A DNA stretch of 64,000 nucleotides from an uncultured delta proteobacterium (lineage in GTDB: Bacteria > Desulfobacterota > Syntrophia > Syntrophales > Smithellaceae). Below are positions 25,280-35,920 of the stretch, one piece after another; positions within the stretch are counted from its first letter, which is position 1, and each line of letters begins with the position of its first letter. The stretch is from assembly GCA_963753975.1 (NCBI GenBank), contig CAVWEH010000004.1, positions 96,001 to 160,000 on the forward strand, in the 5' to 3' direction. The notes beneath the pieces are model-generated. The model made no database searches, was not told where the DNA came from, and saw only the letters and a list, made by a program, of their open reading frames with translations. Both the position numbers and the translations under genes were made by a program.

Positions 25280-25428
25280 CCATAACGCAACGATCAGTTG
25301 CCAACTGCCGAGACAATGCTTGCTGGTTGAACGCCGCCGCTCGAAGGAGTATTGATGTAAAACATTTGGTCGGTAGAGCCTGCTGCTTGCTAGCACTGCA
25401 GCTGGTCAACTGCATGGTAATGTTATGC
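25280..25428 (-). repeat. Long attC site (149 bp)
   Basis: Minus strand GCATAAC-ATTACC-ATGCAGTTGACCAGCTGC...GCAGTTGGCAACTGAT-CGTTGC-GTTATGG; R''/L'' and L'/R' boxes with extrahelical bases. Confidence 0.75.
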
Positions 25429-26359
25429 CTCTTCTTCTCTTCCTCTGACTTTTATTAAATAAAGGAGCGCAACATTTTGCACCCATAATAAGATTTGTAT
25501 TCATATTCGGTCCTGTAGACATAATTATTTGCTCATTTCGGGCAAGTTCTCCAAAGAAGAACGAAGAAGTAACCCCACCGTCCATCAGTATATCGCTGCC
25601 GGTGATAAACGCACCATCAGGCCCCATGAGAAGTGATGCGACATTGGCAACCTCATCAGAAGTGCCTGCTCTCCCAACAGGGCAACCCTCAATCATGTGG
25701 CGGTACCCTTCTCCACGAGGACCCGTTAGTTCATCTTTTGCGAGTGGAGTAATAATAATACCTGGACTGATTGTATTGATCCGAGCGCCTCGCTTACCCC
25801 ATCTAACGGCTTCTGCCATTACTCGTAAAACGTTTCCACGTTTTGAGAGTTGATAAGCGTGCAAAGTATCCCTCACTTGATCCGGCTGGAGCATTGGAAG
25901 CGATAAAAGCTGATCGGCAGGCGTTGTCGCAAGAAGCCTATTTTGTTCATCCGTGAGAGCACCCAAACGATGCCCCGATTGGGATGCAATCACTACGCCG
26001 GAACCTCCACGTGCAATGACGTTTCCAAATACTTCAAGTACGAGGGCTGTGCCATACATATCCACTTTCAAAATCGCAGCTACTGGAGCTTGCGAGGGCG
26101 AAACGCCGGCCGCGTGAATAACCCCTGTCACATCGCCAATGCCGGTGGCCTTGTTAGCAAGACTCTCAACTGCTCTGCGCAAGGATACATCGATTGTCGC
26201 AGTGCTGACCTTAAATCCGGCGTTACTTAAAACTACAGCTGCCGCGTCCGCATTTTCTTGCCGTAAATCAGCGAGTAGAATGTGCTTTCCGGCACTCACT
26301 CTTCTTGCGATTGCGACACCTATTGATCCAGAACCAATTAGTACAGTGACACTTTCCAT
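25406..26359 (-). CDS. SDR-family oxidoreductase (gene cassette)
   Basis: GSGSIG Rossmann motif, YQLSK catalytic motif, NTISPG, ITGSDILMDGG; SD GGAGG before ATG 26359. Confidence 0.9.
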   Translation of the reverse strand: MESVTVLIGSGSIGVAIARRVSAGKHILLADLRQENADAAAVVLSNAGFKVSTATIDVSLRRAVESLANKATGIGDVTGVIHAAGVSPSQAPVAAILKVDMYGTALVLEVFGNVIARGGSGVVIASQSGHRLGALTDEQNRLLATTPADQLLSLPMLQPDQVRDTLHAYQLSKRGNVLRVMAEAVRWGKRGARINTISPGIIITPLAKDELTGPRGEGYRHMIEGCPVGRAGTSDEVANVASLLMGPDGAFITGSDILMDGGVTSSFFFGELARNEQIIMSTGPNMNTNLIMGAKCCAPLFNKSQRKRRRGITLPCS

Positions 26360-26444
26360 AAGAACCTCCAAGGCAAATGACTTTTGAAACTTGCGGCCCA
26401 ACTGGTCAAATAATGTAATAAACCATCTTTGGTTTTCTCAAGGG

Positions 26445-26500
26445 GCATAACGAAGAAATCAGCCGGAGCGTAGCGATCGGCTGTATTGATTTTGTTATGT
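26445..26500 (-). repeat. attC site (56 bp)
   Basis: Minus strand ACATAACAAAATCAATACAGCCGATCGCTACGCTCCGGCTGATTTCTTCGTTATGC; near-identical to three sites at 59.8-61.3 kb. Confidence 0.88.
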
Positions 26501-26557
26501 GTTTATATAAATATGTTTTTCATATAATAATGAGCAGAGTACTTGGGGATAATATTT

Positions 26558-27025
26558 TCATTTCTTTCTGCTATAGGTTGGGTTACATAGAACCCCTCCC
26601 GTACCAATGGTTTGCTCTCGTGAGAATAACCATTTACCTTCATTTTCTTTTGCAATAATCCAATCTCCGGCACATGCATATTTGCTAAGGTCAGAAAAGC
26701 CATACCTGCGTAAAGTTCCGCAAAAGGGACAATTAAGTATATTGAATTGTACGATGTCAGAATTGTCTTGAATAACGTTTATGTCATAGAGTCTCTTAAA
26801 TAATGAATAATTTCTCTTTACTCTTTCTCTAAAGTAATCAAATTGATCAGGTGAAGCTATAATAGGAATTGCCAAACCGACAGTATTCTTCGCAACTCGT
26901 GTAAGCCGCTTGCCCACCATACTTACCGCTTTTGATCTTCCCTTAAATAAGGAAAGAACGAGCACAGTGAGCATAAACGGTGTCATTATCAAATGGCCTA
27001 TTATTGTTCTATAGATATTCTTCAT
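26558..27025 (-). CDS. ATC-hydrolase-like (L-2-amino-thiazoline-4-carboxylic acid hydrolase family) cassette protein
   Basis: CPF...C..D...REQTIGTGG..C pattern recalled for this family; start trimmed to MKNIY. Confidence 0.6.
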   Translation of the reverse strand: MKNIYRTIIGHLIMTPFMLTVLVLSLFKGRSKAVSMVGKRLTRVAKNTVGLAIPIIASPDQFDYFRERVKRNYSLFKRLYDINVIQDNSDIVQFNILNCPFCGTLRRYGFSDLSKYACAGDWIIAKENEGKWLFSREQTIGTGGVLCNPTYSRKK

Positions 27026-27034
27026 ATTTCTTGC

Positions 27035-27063
27035 ACATAACAATGTTTATACAGTCTGTATAA
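27035..27063 (-). other. Putative attI site 1
   Basis: Minus strand TTATACAGACTGTATAAACATTGTTATGT, 5 nt after the intI stop; ends in the core site of the first cassette. Confidence 0.7.
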
Positions 27064-27068
27064 ATCGG

Positions 27069-27203
27069 TTAAAGGCCGTCAAAAGGACTTCGCATACCGT
27101 GGCCTCCTTTGTTTAAAACATGGGTATAAATCATTGTCGTTTTCAAATCTTTATGGCCAAAAAGTTCCTGCACTGTTCGTATATCATATCCGTCTTTAAG
27201 CAG
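27069..27203 (-). pseudogene. intI: Integron integrase C-terminal remnant
   Basis: [44 protein letters not shown], the characteristic IntI tail including the catalytic Tyr; upstream sequence is unrelated. Confidence 0.88.
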
Positions 27204-27267
27204 GAAAGGATTTTTAGGCAACATCGTTTTCACCAATAAGACATTTTTACGGCATTGAAAAAATATT

Positions 27268-27296
27268 TTGACAATATTTAATTTTTGCATTAGGAT
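27268..27296 (+). promoter_or_regulatory. Sigma70-type promoter of the leu operon
   Basis: TTGACA-17 nt-TAGGAT upstream of the leader peptide. Confidence 0.65.
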
Positions 27297-27330
27297 ATCA
27301 TAACTTTTTTAAATGAAGGCTGTAAAAACG

Positions 27331-27450
27331 ATGTCGGACATAGCGAGAAACCAGAATTTAGCAATCAATATTCTGCCCCTGCTTTTGGGTCTCGCCCTGT
27401 TGCGCCTTTTACTTAGGGCTCGCCGCTCATCGTTTTTAGGTCGTCACTAG
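27331..27450 (+). CDS. Leucine-rich attenuator leader peptide (LeuL-like)
   Basis: MSDIARNQNLAINILPLLLGLALLRLLLRARRSSFLGRH*: 12 Leu in 39 aa, upstream of leuA and of a terminator; alternative in-frame ATG at 27313. Confidence 0.8.
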   Translation: MSDIARNQNLAINILPLLLGLALLRLLLRARRSSFLGRH

Positions 27451-27474
27451 TACTATAAACATAACTGATTACCT

Positions 27475-27512
27475 AAAAGGCCGTGGGCGGAAAAGCCCAC
27501 GGCCTTTTTTTT
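27475..27512 (+). terminator. Attenuator terminator of the leu operon
   Basis: AAAAGGCCGTGGGC-GGAAAA-GCCCACGGCCTTTT stem followed by a T-tract. Confidence 0.9.
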
Positions 27513-27666
27513 GTTCGTGAAACTAAATTTTTACAAGCAATGGCGAAGTAAAAATTATAAGTTGAACGAATCCCGATAGCGCAGCGTATCGGGATAAATG
27601 AGTTTAATGCTAAGCAGCTTAAGAAAGTTTTCTAATATTCGAGTCTCATGAAAAGGAGAAGGCATT

Positions 27667-29211
<1,545 letters not shown>

Positions 29212-29263
29212 ACATAAGAAATAAGATAAATAATTTTATTCGATAACCTATCAAGGATAAAGC

Positions 29264-30526
29264 ATGGGTAACACCATAACAGAAAAGATATTAATGGCGC
29301 ATACCGACCTGAAAGAAATCTCTGCCGGTCAGTTGATTAATGCGAAAGTGGATATAGCTTTAGGTAACGATATTACCGCGCCTATTGCCATTAAAGAATT
29401 CCGGAAAGCCGGCGGAAAAAAGGTTTTTGACAAAAATAAGGTCGTCCTTGTTCTGGATCATTTCACGCCGAATAAAGACATCAGCTCCGCCCAGCAATGC
29501 AAGGCTGTACGCGAATTTGCCCGCGACCAGGAAGTAGACACATTTTTTTGAGGCCGGGCAAGTGGGTATCGAGCATGCGCTTGCTTGCCGGAAAAGGGCA
29601 TCGTGCTTCCCGGAGATTTGGTCATCGGGGCAGACAGCCACACCTGCACTTACGGCGCACTGGGCGCTTTTGCCACCGGTGTCGGCAGTACGGATCTGGC
29701 CGCCGTTATGCTCACCGGCGAGCTCTGGTTCAAAGTGCCGCCGTCGATGAAATTCATAATTTTCGGTTCTCTACAAAAATGGGTTTCGGGAAAAGATTTG
29801 ATTTTGAACATCATCGGACGCATCGGTGTGGATGGAGCACTCTACAAGGCGATGGAGTTTGCAGGCGAGACAATCGGCAGATTGCCGATGGCCGATAGGC
29901 TCTCTATGGCCAACATGGTTATCGAGGCCGGAGCCAAAAACGGCATTTTCGTTCCCGATGCTATCACCAAAGAATATGTGAAAAAAAGGGCAAAGCGCGA
30001 TTACAAGTTTTACGCCTCGGATGCCGATGCTGTCTATTCCGAGACGGTCGAAATCGATGCCGGCAAGATTGAGCCGCAGGTGGCTTTTCCGCATCTGCCC
30101 TCAAACGTAAAAGGCATAAGTAAAGCGGGTAATGTAAAAATAGATCAGGCGCTCATCGGCTCCTGTACCAACGGACGGATTGAAGATTTAAGAATTGCCG
30201 CCTCTATTCTAAAAAAACGTAAGGCGGCATCATCGGTAAGGTTAATCGTTGTTCCGGCAACTCCGGATATCTATAAGCAAGCAATAAAGGAAGGGCTCAT
30301 CGAAATCTTCCTGAATGCCGATGCGGTCATCAGCCCACCTTCCTGCGGCGCCTGTCTGGGAGGGCATCTGGGGGTTCTCGCGGAAGGCGAACGGGCTGTG
30401 GCGACAACAAACCGTAACTTTGTCGGCCGTATGGGGCATCCCAAAAGTGAAGTCTATTTGGCCGGCCCCGCCGTTGCGGCTGCTTCTGCCATACTGGGTA
30501 GGATTGCTTCACCGGAAGAACTTTAA
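29264..30526 (+). CDS. leuC: 3-isopropylmalate dehydratase large subunit, frameshifts near 29545-29585 (probable errors)
   Basis: [42 protein letters not shown] spread over three frames. Confidence 0.93.
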
Positions 30527-30538
30527 AAAGGTACCAGC

Positions 30539-30615
30539 CCAACGCTGCTTCGCGCGTTGGATAATTCAACTAACCAATCCCGATGCGCTTCGCTTTCGCG
30601 ATTGGAGTTTCATTA
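30539..30615. repeat. Two REP-like hairpins with GCTTCGC loop
   Basis: CCAACGC-TGCTTCGC-GCGTTGG and CCAATCCCGA-TGCGCTTCGCTT-TCGCGATTGG in the leuC-leuD spacer. Confidence 0.65.
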
Positions 30616-30626
30616 AGGATTTTTAT

Positions 30627-31130
30627 ATGATACTTAAAGGAAGAGTCTGGAAATTCGGAGATAATATTGACACCGACGCCATCATTCCCGCGCGCTATCT
30701 GACAACTTCCGATCCGCAGGAGCTGGCCAAACACTGCATGGAAGATGCCGATCCTGCTTTTATCAAGAAAATAAAGCCCGGAGATATAATTGTCGGCGGA
30801 GAAAACTTCGGCTGCGGATCTTCGCGCGAACACGCGCCCATCGCCGTTAAGGCGGCGGGCATTTCCTGCGTGGTGGCGAAAAGTTTCGCCCGCATTTTTT
30901 ACCGCAATGCCTTTAATATGGGTCTGCCGATTTTCGAATCCCGCGAACTGGGCGATGTGATTTGCGACGGCGATGAAATATCCGTGGACAGCGTCAAAGG
31001 AGCTATCACAACTACCAAAGGAAATAAAATATTCAGCAGCAATTCAATTCCTCCCTTCATGGAGCAATTAATTGCCGACGGCGGTTTGATGAAGCATATC
31101 GGGAAGAAGAGGAATAAATCACGGGTATGA
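30627..31130 (+). CDS. leuD: 3-isopropylmalate dehydratase small subunit
   Basis: MILKGRVWKFGDNIDTDAIIPARYL, NFGCGSSREHA, SFARIFYRNAFN; start trimmed. Confidence 0.96.
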   Translation: MILKGRVWKFGDNIDTDAIIPARYLTTSDPQELAKHCMEDADPAFIKKIKPGDIIVGGENFGCGSSREHAPIAVKAAGISCVVAKSFARIFYRNAFNMGLPIFESRELGDVICDGDEISVDSVKGAITTTKGNKIFSSNSIPPFMEQLIADGGLMKHIGKKRNKSRV

Positions 31131-31138
31131 AACCAAAA

Positions 31139-31513
31139 CAAGCTTTGAAAACATTTTACAGCAAGCTCACGGGTATCATACCCTACGCTTCGCGGGATTG
31201 TTCAACCTGCAAGTTTCAGCGCACTTTGTTTCTGAAACTTGGGTCTCATTATAATAGTCCCACGTAGCTTCGCACGTGGGATAATTTCCAATCCCGATAT
31301 ATCGGGATTGGATAATTCGGCTAAAAGACTTCAAGGCACCTATAGTGACCTTTAGGTTATTTGCTTTTGAAGTTTTAGTCTCAGTACAGCTAACAGATAT
31401 TACTGTGCTGCGTTTGTGGAGTCCCCCCTGGAAGGAGCCGAAGGCTCTTTTCACAAACGCGACATCCCGCGACGGGATAATATCTGAGTTTCATTAGAAT
31501 TGGAGTTTCAACA
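31139..31513. repeat. Hairpin-dense intergenic cluster (REP/BIME-like)
   Basis: At least six inverted repeats, e.g. CAAGTTTCAG/CTGAAACTTG, TCCCACGT/ACGTGGGA, TCCAATCCCGAT/ATCGGGATTGGA. Confidence 0.65.
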
Positions 31514-32608
31514 ATGAAACCAAAAGATTTTAAAATAGCCGTTTTTGCCGGTGACGGAGTCGGCCCGGAAATAATAAAAGAAGCTTTAAAAATTTTGCGA
31601 TTGATCTCCTCTAAAAGAAATATTAATCTGATACTTACAGAAGGATATATCGGCGGCAGCGCCTTTGATCTTTTCGGCGTTCCTCTGCCTGAGCAGAGTC
31701 TTGATCTGGCCATGCATTGCGATGCGATTTTGCTCGGAGCCGTAGGCGGCCCTAAGTGGGAGACTCTTGATTACAGCTTAAGGCCGGAACGAGCGCTTTT
31801 AGGATTGCGCGAGAAACTGGGACTTTTTGCCAATTTGCGGCCGGTTGTCGCCTTTGATGAGCTTTTGGATGCCTCTCCTTTGAAGAAAAATATCATCCGG
31901 GGCATTGATATTATGATTGTCCGCGAATTGACCGGCGATGTTTATTTCGGTCAGCCGCGCGGCATCTTGAAGGGAAAAGAAGGCAGACGTACAGGCATCA
32001 ATACCATGATTTATACTGAAGATGAAATCAAGAGGATCGCCGTCCAAGCTTTTGAAATCGCCCGAAAGCGAAGAAAAAATATTGTTTCCGTGGATAAAGC
32101 CAATGTCCTCGAAAGCACCGAGCTCTGGCGCTCTGTAGTTACAGAGGTCGGTCGTGACTATCCCGAAGTGACTTTAAGGCACATGTACGTTGATAACTGC
32201 GCCATGCAGCTTATTCGTAATCCGGCGCAGTTTGACGTAATTGTTACGACTAATTTGTTTGGCGACATATTGAGCGACGCGGCCGCCATGCTGACCGGTT
32301 CCATCGGTATGCTTCCCTCAGCCTCTCTGGGCAAGGATACAGCTTTATATGAACCCATTCACGGTTCAGCACCGGATATAGCCGGAAAAAATATTGCCAA
32401 TCCATTGGCTGCAATTCTTTCTGTAGCTATGATGTTACGTTATTCGCTAATGATGTCTGAGGAAGCCATTTTAGTCGAAACGGCCGTTGCAAAAACCTTA
32501 AAAGAGGGCTTCCGGACACAGGATATTCATCAGCAAAACAAGAAACTCATCGGCACCGAAAAAATGGGCGACAATGTCGTAAAAAACCTGCATAAACTCT
32601 TAAATTGA
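31514..32608 (+). CDS. leuB: 3-isopropylmalate dehydrogenase
   Basis: [41 protein letters not shown]. Confidence 0.98.
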   Translation: MKPKDFKIAVFAGDGVGPEIIKEALKILRLISSKRNINLILTEGYIGGSAFDLFGVPLPEQSLDLAMHCDAILLGAVGGPKWETLDYSLRPERALLGLREKLGLFANLRPVVAFDELLDASPLKKNIIRGIDIMIVRELTGDVYFGQPRGILKGKEGRRTGINTMIYTEDEIKRIAVQAFEIARKRRKNIVSVDKANVLESTELWRSVVTEVGRDYPEVTLRHMYVDNCAMQLIRNPAQFDVIVTTNLFGDILSDAAAMLTGSIGMLPSASLGKDTALYEPIHGSAPDIAGKNIANPLAAILSVAMMLRYSLMMSEEAILVETAVAKTLKEGFRTQDIHQQNKKLIGTEKMGDNVVKNLHKLLN

Positions 32609-32777
32609 TGGACACATTAGGAAATAAAATATCGCCGCTTGTAAGTGGAGCTCCTCCGGCAGGAGCGGTAATCTCCTTTCCAAAACGCGACATCCCGCAG
32701 CCAGCAGAAAGCATTGAACCCCCGGCGGAAGCTGGAGGCTTTCTGCAGCGGGGTGGAGCCTTACGAGGATAAAAAGG

Positions 32778-33398
32778 ATGGAATCTGTCGTCTTTTTTGA
32801 AAAGATAGTAATTGATCCTCCTCGCACAAAAATATACCGGCGTCTCGGCTTTAAAAAAAGAACCACCCAAATTCCGGTAAACCAGCAAAAAGAAACCGAT
32901 GGCTTTATCGATGAAGCCGTAGCGATTATTTCATTGCGAGGATCTTTACTGCGGACTCCCATTAATAAAAATGATGGAAAGAAAATATTTTTGGCCGGTG
33001 ATTTGATCTTCGACAGCAAAAAATTGTCCTCATTCCTCTCCAACTGCGAAGAAGCCGCGCTCATGGGCGCAACAGCCGGAAACTCCATTATGGAAGCAAT
33101 CAAAGAAAAAACGAACCAGGATAATCTGGCCGCCGCTGTGGTTTACGACGCCGCCGCCAGCGAAATAGTCGACGCCGGGCTGGATTGGATTATGGATTAT
33201 CTGAATCAACAACTTCGCCGCGAAAAAAAGACTCTTTTGCCGCGGCGCTTTTCCGCAGGCTATGCCGATTTTGATCTGACAAATCAAAAGGCACTGTATC
33301 AAAAACTCCAAATGGAAAAAATTGGCGTAACAATCACCTCCAGCTTCATCCTGCTTCCGGAAAAATCCGTCACCGCGGTGAGCGGCATTTGCGGTTAA
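32778..33398 (+). CDS. Stand-alone methionine synthase activation-domain protein
   Basis: RRFSAGYADF and LLPEKSVTAVSG resemble the MetH reactivation domain; adjacent to a MetH lacking that domain. Confidence 0.75.
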   Translation: MESVVFFEKIVIDPPRTKIYRRLGFKKRTTQIPVNQQKETDGFIDEAVAIISLRGSLLRTPINKNDGKKIFLAGDLIFDSKKLSSFLSNCEEAALMGATAGNSIMEAIKEKTNQDNLAAAVVYDAAASEIVDAGLDWIMDYLNQQLRREKKTLLPRRFSAGYADFDLTNQKALYQKLQMEKIGVTITSSFILLPEKSVTAVSGICG

Positions 33399-33507
33399 AA
33401 CGAGGAACTGTTATTACCCTTGGAAAAAAATCACACTTCTTCACTCAAAGATGATATAAGAACATCCTCAAAGGCAAAGAGACATCTAAGTTTCGGGAAA
33501 CATTCTG

Positions 33508-35907
33508 ATGATAAACAGCAAAATTAAAAATCTCTTGACGAGAAAAATTATAATTTTGGACGGCGCCACCGGCACCGAACTGCAAAAAAAAGGAATGCCG
33601 GCAGGAGTTTGTCCTGAACTGTGGTGTTTGGAAAATCAGAACATTATTAAGGATATTCACGCATCTTACGTACAAGCGGGAGCCCAAATAATTTATGCCT
33701 GCACCTTTGGCGCTAATCGCTTTAAGCTCAAACAATTTGATTCTACAGATAATATCCGGCAAATTAATCGGCAACTGGCGCGTCTGGCTAAAAAAACTGC
33801 CGGTGACAAAGCGCTTGTTGCCGGCGATATCGGTCCGACCGGTCTTTTTATCCAGCCTTTCGGGCAGCTTTCCTTTGCAGAAGCCGTGAACACTTTTCGC
33901 GAACAAGCTCTCGGTTTGATTGAAGGGGGATGTGATCTTATCGTCATTGAAACGATGATCGATATTCAGGAAGCACGGGCGGCTTTATTGGCCGTAAAAG
34001 AAATTAAAGACATTTTTACTATCGCTTCTATGACCTACGAAAAAGATGGTCATACACTGAACGGCACCGATCCGGTAAGCGCGCTCATCACACTGCAGAG
34101 CCTCGGTGCGGATGCCGTGGGCTGCAATTGTTCTACCGGACCCGAAAATATGGTGGAATTCATCGCCGCCATGAAGCCTTATGCAACAGTGCCACTCATC
34201 GCTAAACCGAATGCCGGGGTTCCTCGCCTCGAAAACGGCAAAACAATCTTTGATATGGATGCCGCAACCTTTGCCTCTTTCGGACGCAAACTCGCAGCGG
34301 CAGGAGCTAATATGTTAGGCGGCTGCTGCGGAACAACGCCGGCACATATCAAAAAACTCGCTCAGATAACGGCAAATATCAAACCGAAAGCGCCACGGAG
34401 AAAGTCAATTGCCGCGCTCAGCTCCGCGCGCGGATTTTTGCACATAGGCGAAAATCAGCCCCTCTTAATCGTCGGAGAACGGATTAATCCTACGGGGAAG
34501 AAATTATTCCAGCAGGAGCTCTCCGAAGGAAAGACATCCATCCTTCGCCAGATGGCTCTCGATCAAGAAAAGCAAGGTGCAAATTTATTAGACGTAAATG
34601 TCGGCCAGCCGGGCATAGACGAAGTCGAAACGATCAAAACCGCCATAAGCCTTTTGACGACGGTATCCAAATTACCGCTGGTGATAGATTCTTCCCGGAT
34701 AGAGACCATCGAAGCTGCGCTGCGCATTTATCCCGGCCGGATGCTCATCAACTCCATCTCCGGGGAAAAAGAGAAAATAAAGCGGCTTCTGCCGCTCGCC
34801 GCCAAATACGGGGCGATGTTTATTCTCCTGCCTTTGACCGAGGGCGAAATACCGTCTACCGCCAAAAAGCGCCAGAGCATAATCAAGTGCGTCTTTCAGG
34901 CGGCGAAGAAATACGGATTTACCAAAGATGATTTTGTCGTGGATGGTCTTGTTATGGCCGTCGCTTCGGATACGCAAGCCGCCAAAGAAACCTTAAAGAC
35001 TGTTAGTTGGTGCGCGGAGATATTTAAGTGTAAAACCATTTTGGGGCTTTCGAATGTTTCCTTCGGGATGCCCGGACGTCCCTGGCTTAACGCCGGTTTT
35101 CTGGCGATGGCGCGATTATGCGGTTTGACCATGGCCATTGCCAATCCGGCCAGCACGGAAATGATGAATATAGCCAAAGCAGGAGACGTTCTTACGGCAA
35201 AAGATAAAAGCGCCCAGCGTTTTATCGGCCATTTTTCAGCCGAAAAAAATGCTGATTCCAGCGCTGCCGTAAAGATGATTCTTTCGCCTGAGGAAAAAAT
35301 AGCCGGTGCGATTATGGAAGGAGACAGAGAAAGTATAGTTTCTCTGATTAAGTCCGTTCTATCTTCAGACTATTCGGCGCTGGAAGTGGTCGATCAAATC
35401 ATGATTCCCGCCATAGTCAAAGTGGGCGATCTATACGAAAAGAAGGTTTATTTTTTGCCGCAACTTATGGCCGCGGCCGAAGCAATGAAAAAAGCGCTCA
35501 ATTATCTGGAGCCGCAATTAAAGAAAGCCACCACCGGAGATAAAGGCAAAATAATACTGGCAACTGTAAAAGGTGATATTCACGACATAGGAAAAAACAT
35601 TGTTGCGCTTCTTTTAAGAAACTATGGCTACAGTGTTCTTGATTTGGGCAAAGATGTCGCTGCAGAAATAATAATCGCCGCTGCCAAAAAGGAAAAGCCG
35701 GATGTGATCGGCCTTTCCGCGTTGATGACGACAACAATGGTCAACATGAAGGACGTAATTGCTCTGGCCCGGGAACATGGAGTAAAAGAAGCCTTTCTCA
35801 TCGGCGGAGCAGTTGTTACCGAAACTTATGCTCGCTCCATCGGCGCGTCTTTTGCGAAGGATGGTGTAGAAGCTGTTAAGGTAGTTGAAAAATTAATTAA
35901 AAAATAA
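33508..35907 (+). CDS. metH: Cobalamin-dependent methionine synthase (homocysteine, pterin and B12 domains)
   Basis: LDGATGT, GCNC, GGCCGT, GERINPTG, GDIHDIGKNIV, GLSALMTT. Confidence 0.9.
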   Translation: MINSKIKNLLTRKIIILDGATGTELQKKGMPAGVCPELWCLENQNIIKDIHASYVQAGAQIIYACTFGANRFKLKQFDSTDNIRQINRQLARLAKKTAGDKALVAGDIGPTGLFIQPFGQLSFAEAVNTFREQALGLIEGGCDLIVIETMIDIQEARAALLAVKEIKDIFTIASMTYEKDGHTLNGTDPVSALITLQSLGADAVGCNCSTGPENMVEFIAAMKPYATVPLIAKPNAGVPRLENGKTIFDMDAATFASFGRKLAAAGANMLGGCCGTTPAHIKKLAQITANIKPKAPRRKSIAALSSARGFLHIGENQPLLIVGERINPTGKKLFQQELSEGKTSILRQMALDQEKQGANLLDVNVGQPGIDEVETIKTAISLLTTVSKLPLVIDSSRIETIEAALRIYPGRMLINSISGEKEKIKRLLPLAAKYGAMFILLPLTEGEIPSTAKKRQSIIKCVFQAAKKYGFTKDDFVVDGLVMAVASDTQAAKETLKTVSWCAEIFKCKTILGLSNVSFGMPGRPWLNAGFLAMARLCGLTMAIANPASTEMMNIAKAGDVLTAKDKSAQRFIGHFSAEKNADSSAAVKMILSPEEKIAGAIMEGDRESIVSLIKSVLSSDYSALEVVDQIMIPAIVKVGDLYEKKVYFLPQLMAAAEAMKKALNYLEPQLKKATTGDKGKIILATVKGDIHDIGKNIVALLLRNYGYSVLDLGKDVAAEIIIAAAKKEKPDVIGLSALMTTTMVNMKDVIALAREHGVKEAFLIGGAVVTETYARSIGASFAKDGVEAVKVVEKLIKK

Positions 35908-35920
35908 AGGCTTTCGGCAC

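Larger units (their letters stand above)
25280..27203 (-). mobile_element. Integron relic 1: intI 3' remnant, attI-like site, two complete gene cassettes and two attC sites
   Basis: Each cassette starts at a GTT core site and ends at its exact inverse (GTTATGT/ACATAAC; GTTATGC/GCATAAC); IntI C-terminal motif lies directly upstream. Confidence 0.85.

Noticed and set aside
24982..27203. Prophage or genomic island integrated at tRNA-Thr
   Set aside because: The accessory DNA lies 5' of the tRNA promoter, and I found no duplicated tRNA 3' end or phage genes.
27069..27290. 73-aa ORF as a functional mini-integrase
   Set aside because: Only the last ~44 aa are IntI-like, the catalytic Arg and HxxR residues are missing, and the N-terminal part overlaps the leu promoter.
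32609..32777. Cobalamin or SAM riboswitch upstream of the methionine synthase genes
   Set aside because: The region is structured but I could not find B12-box or S-box consensus elements; part of it repeats upstream of leuB.
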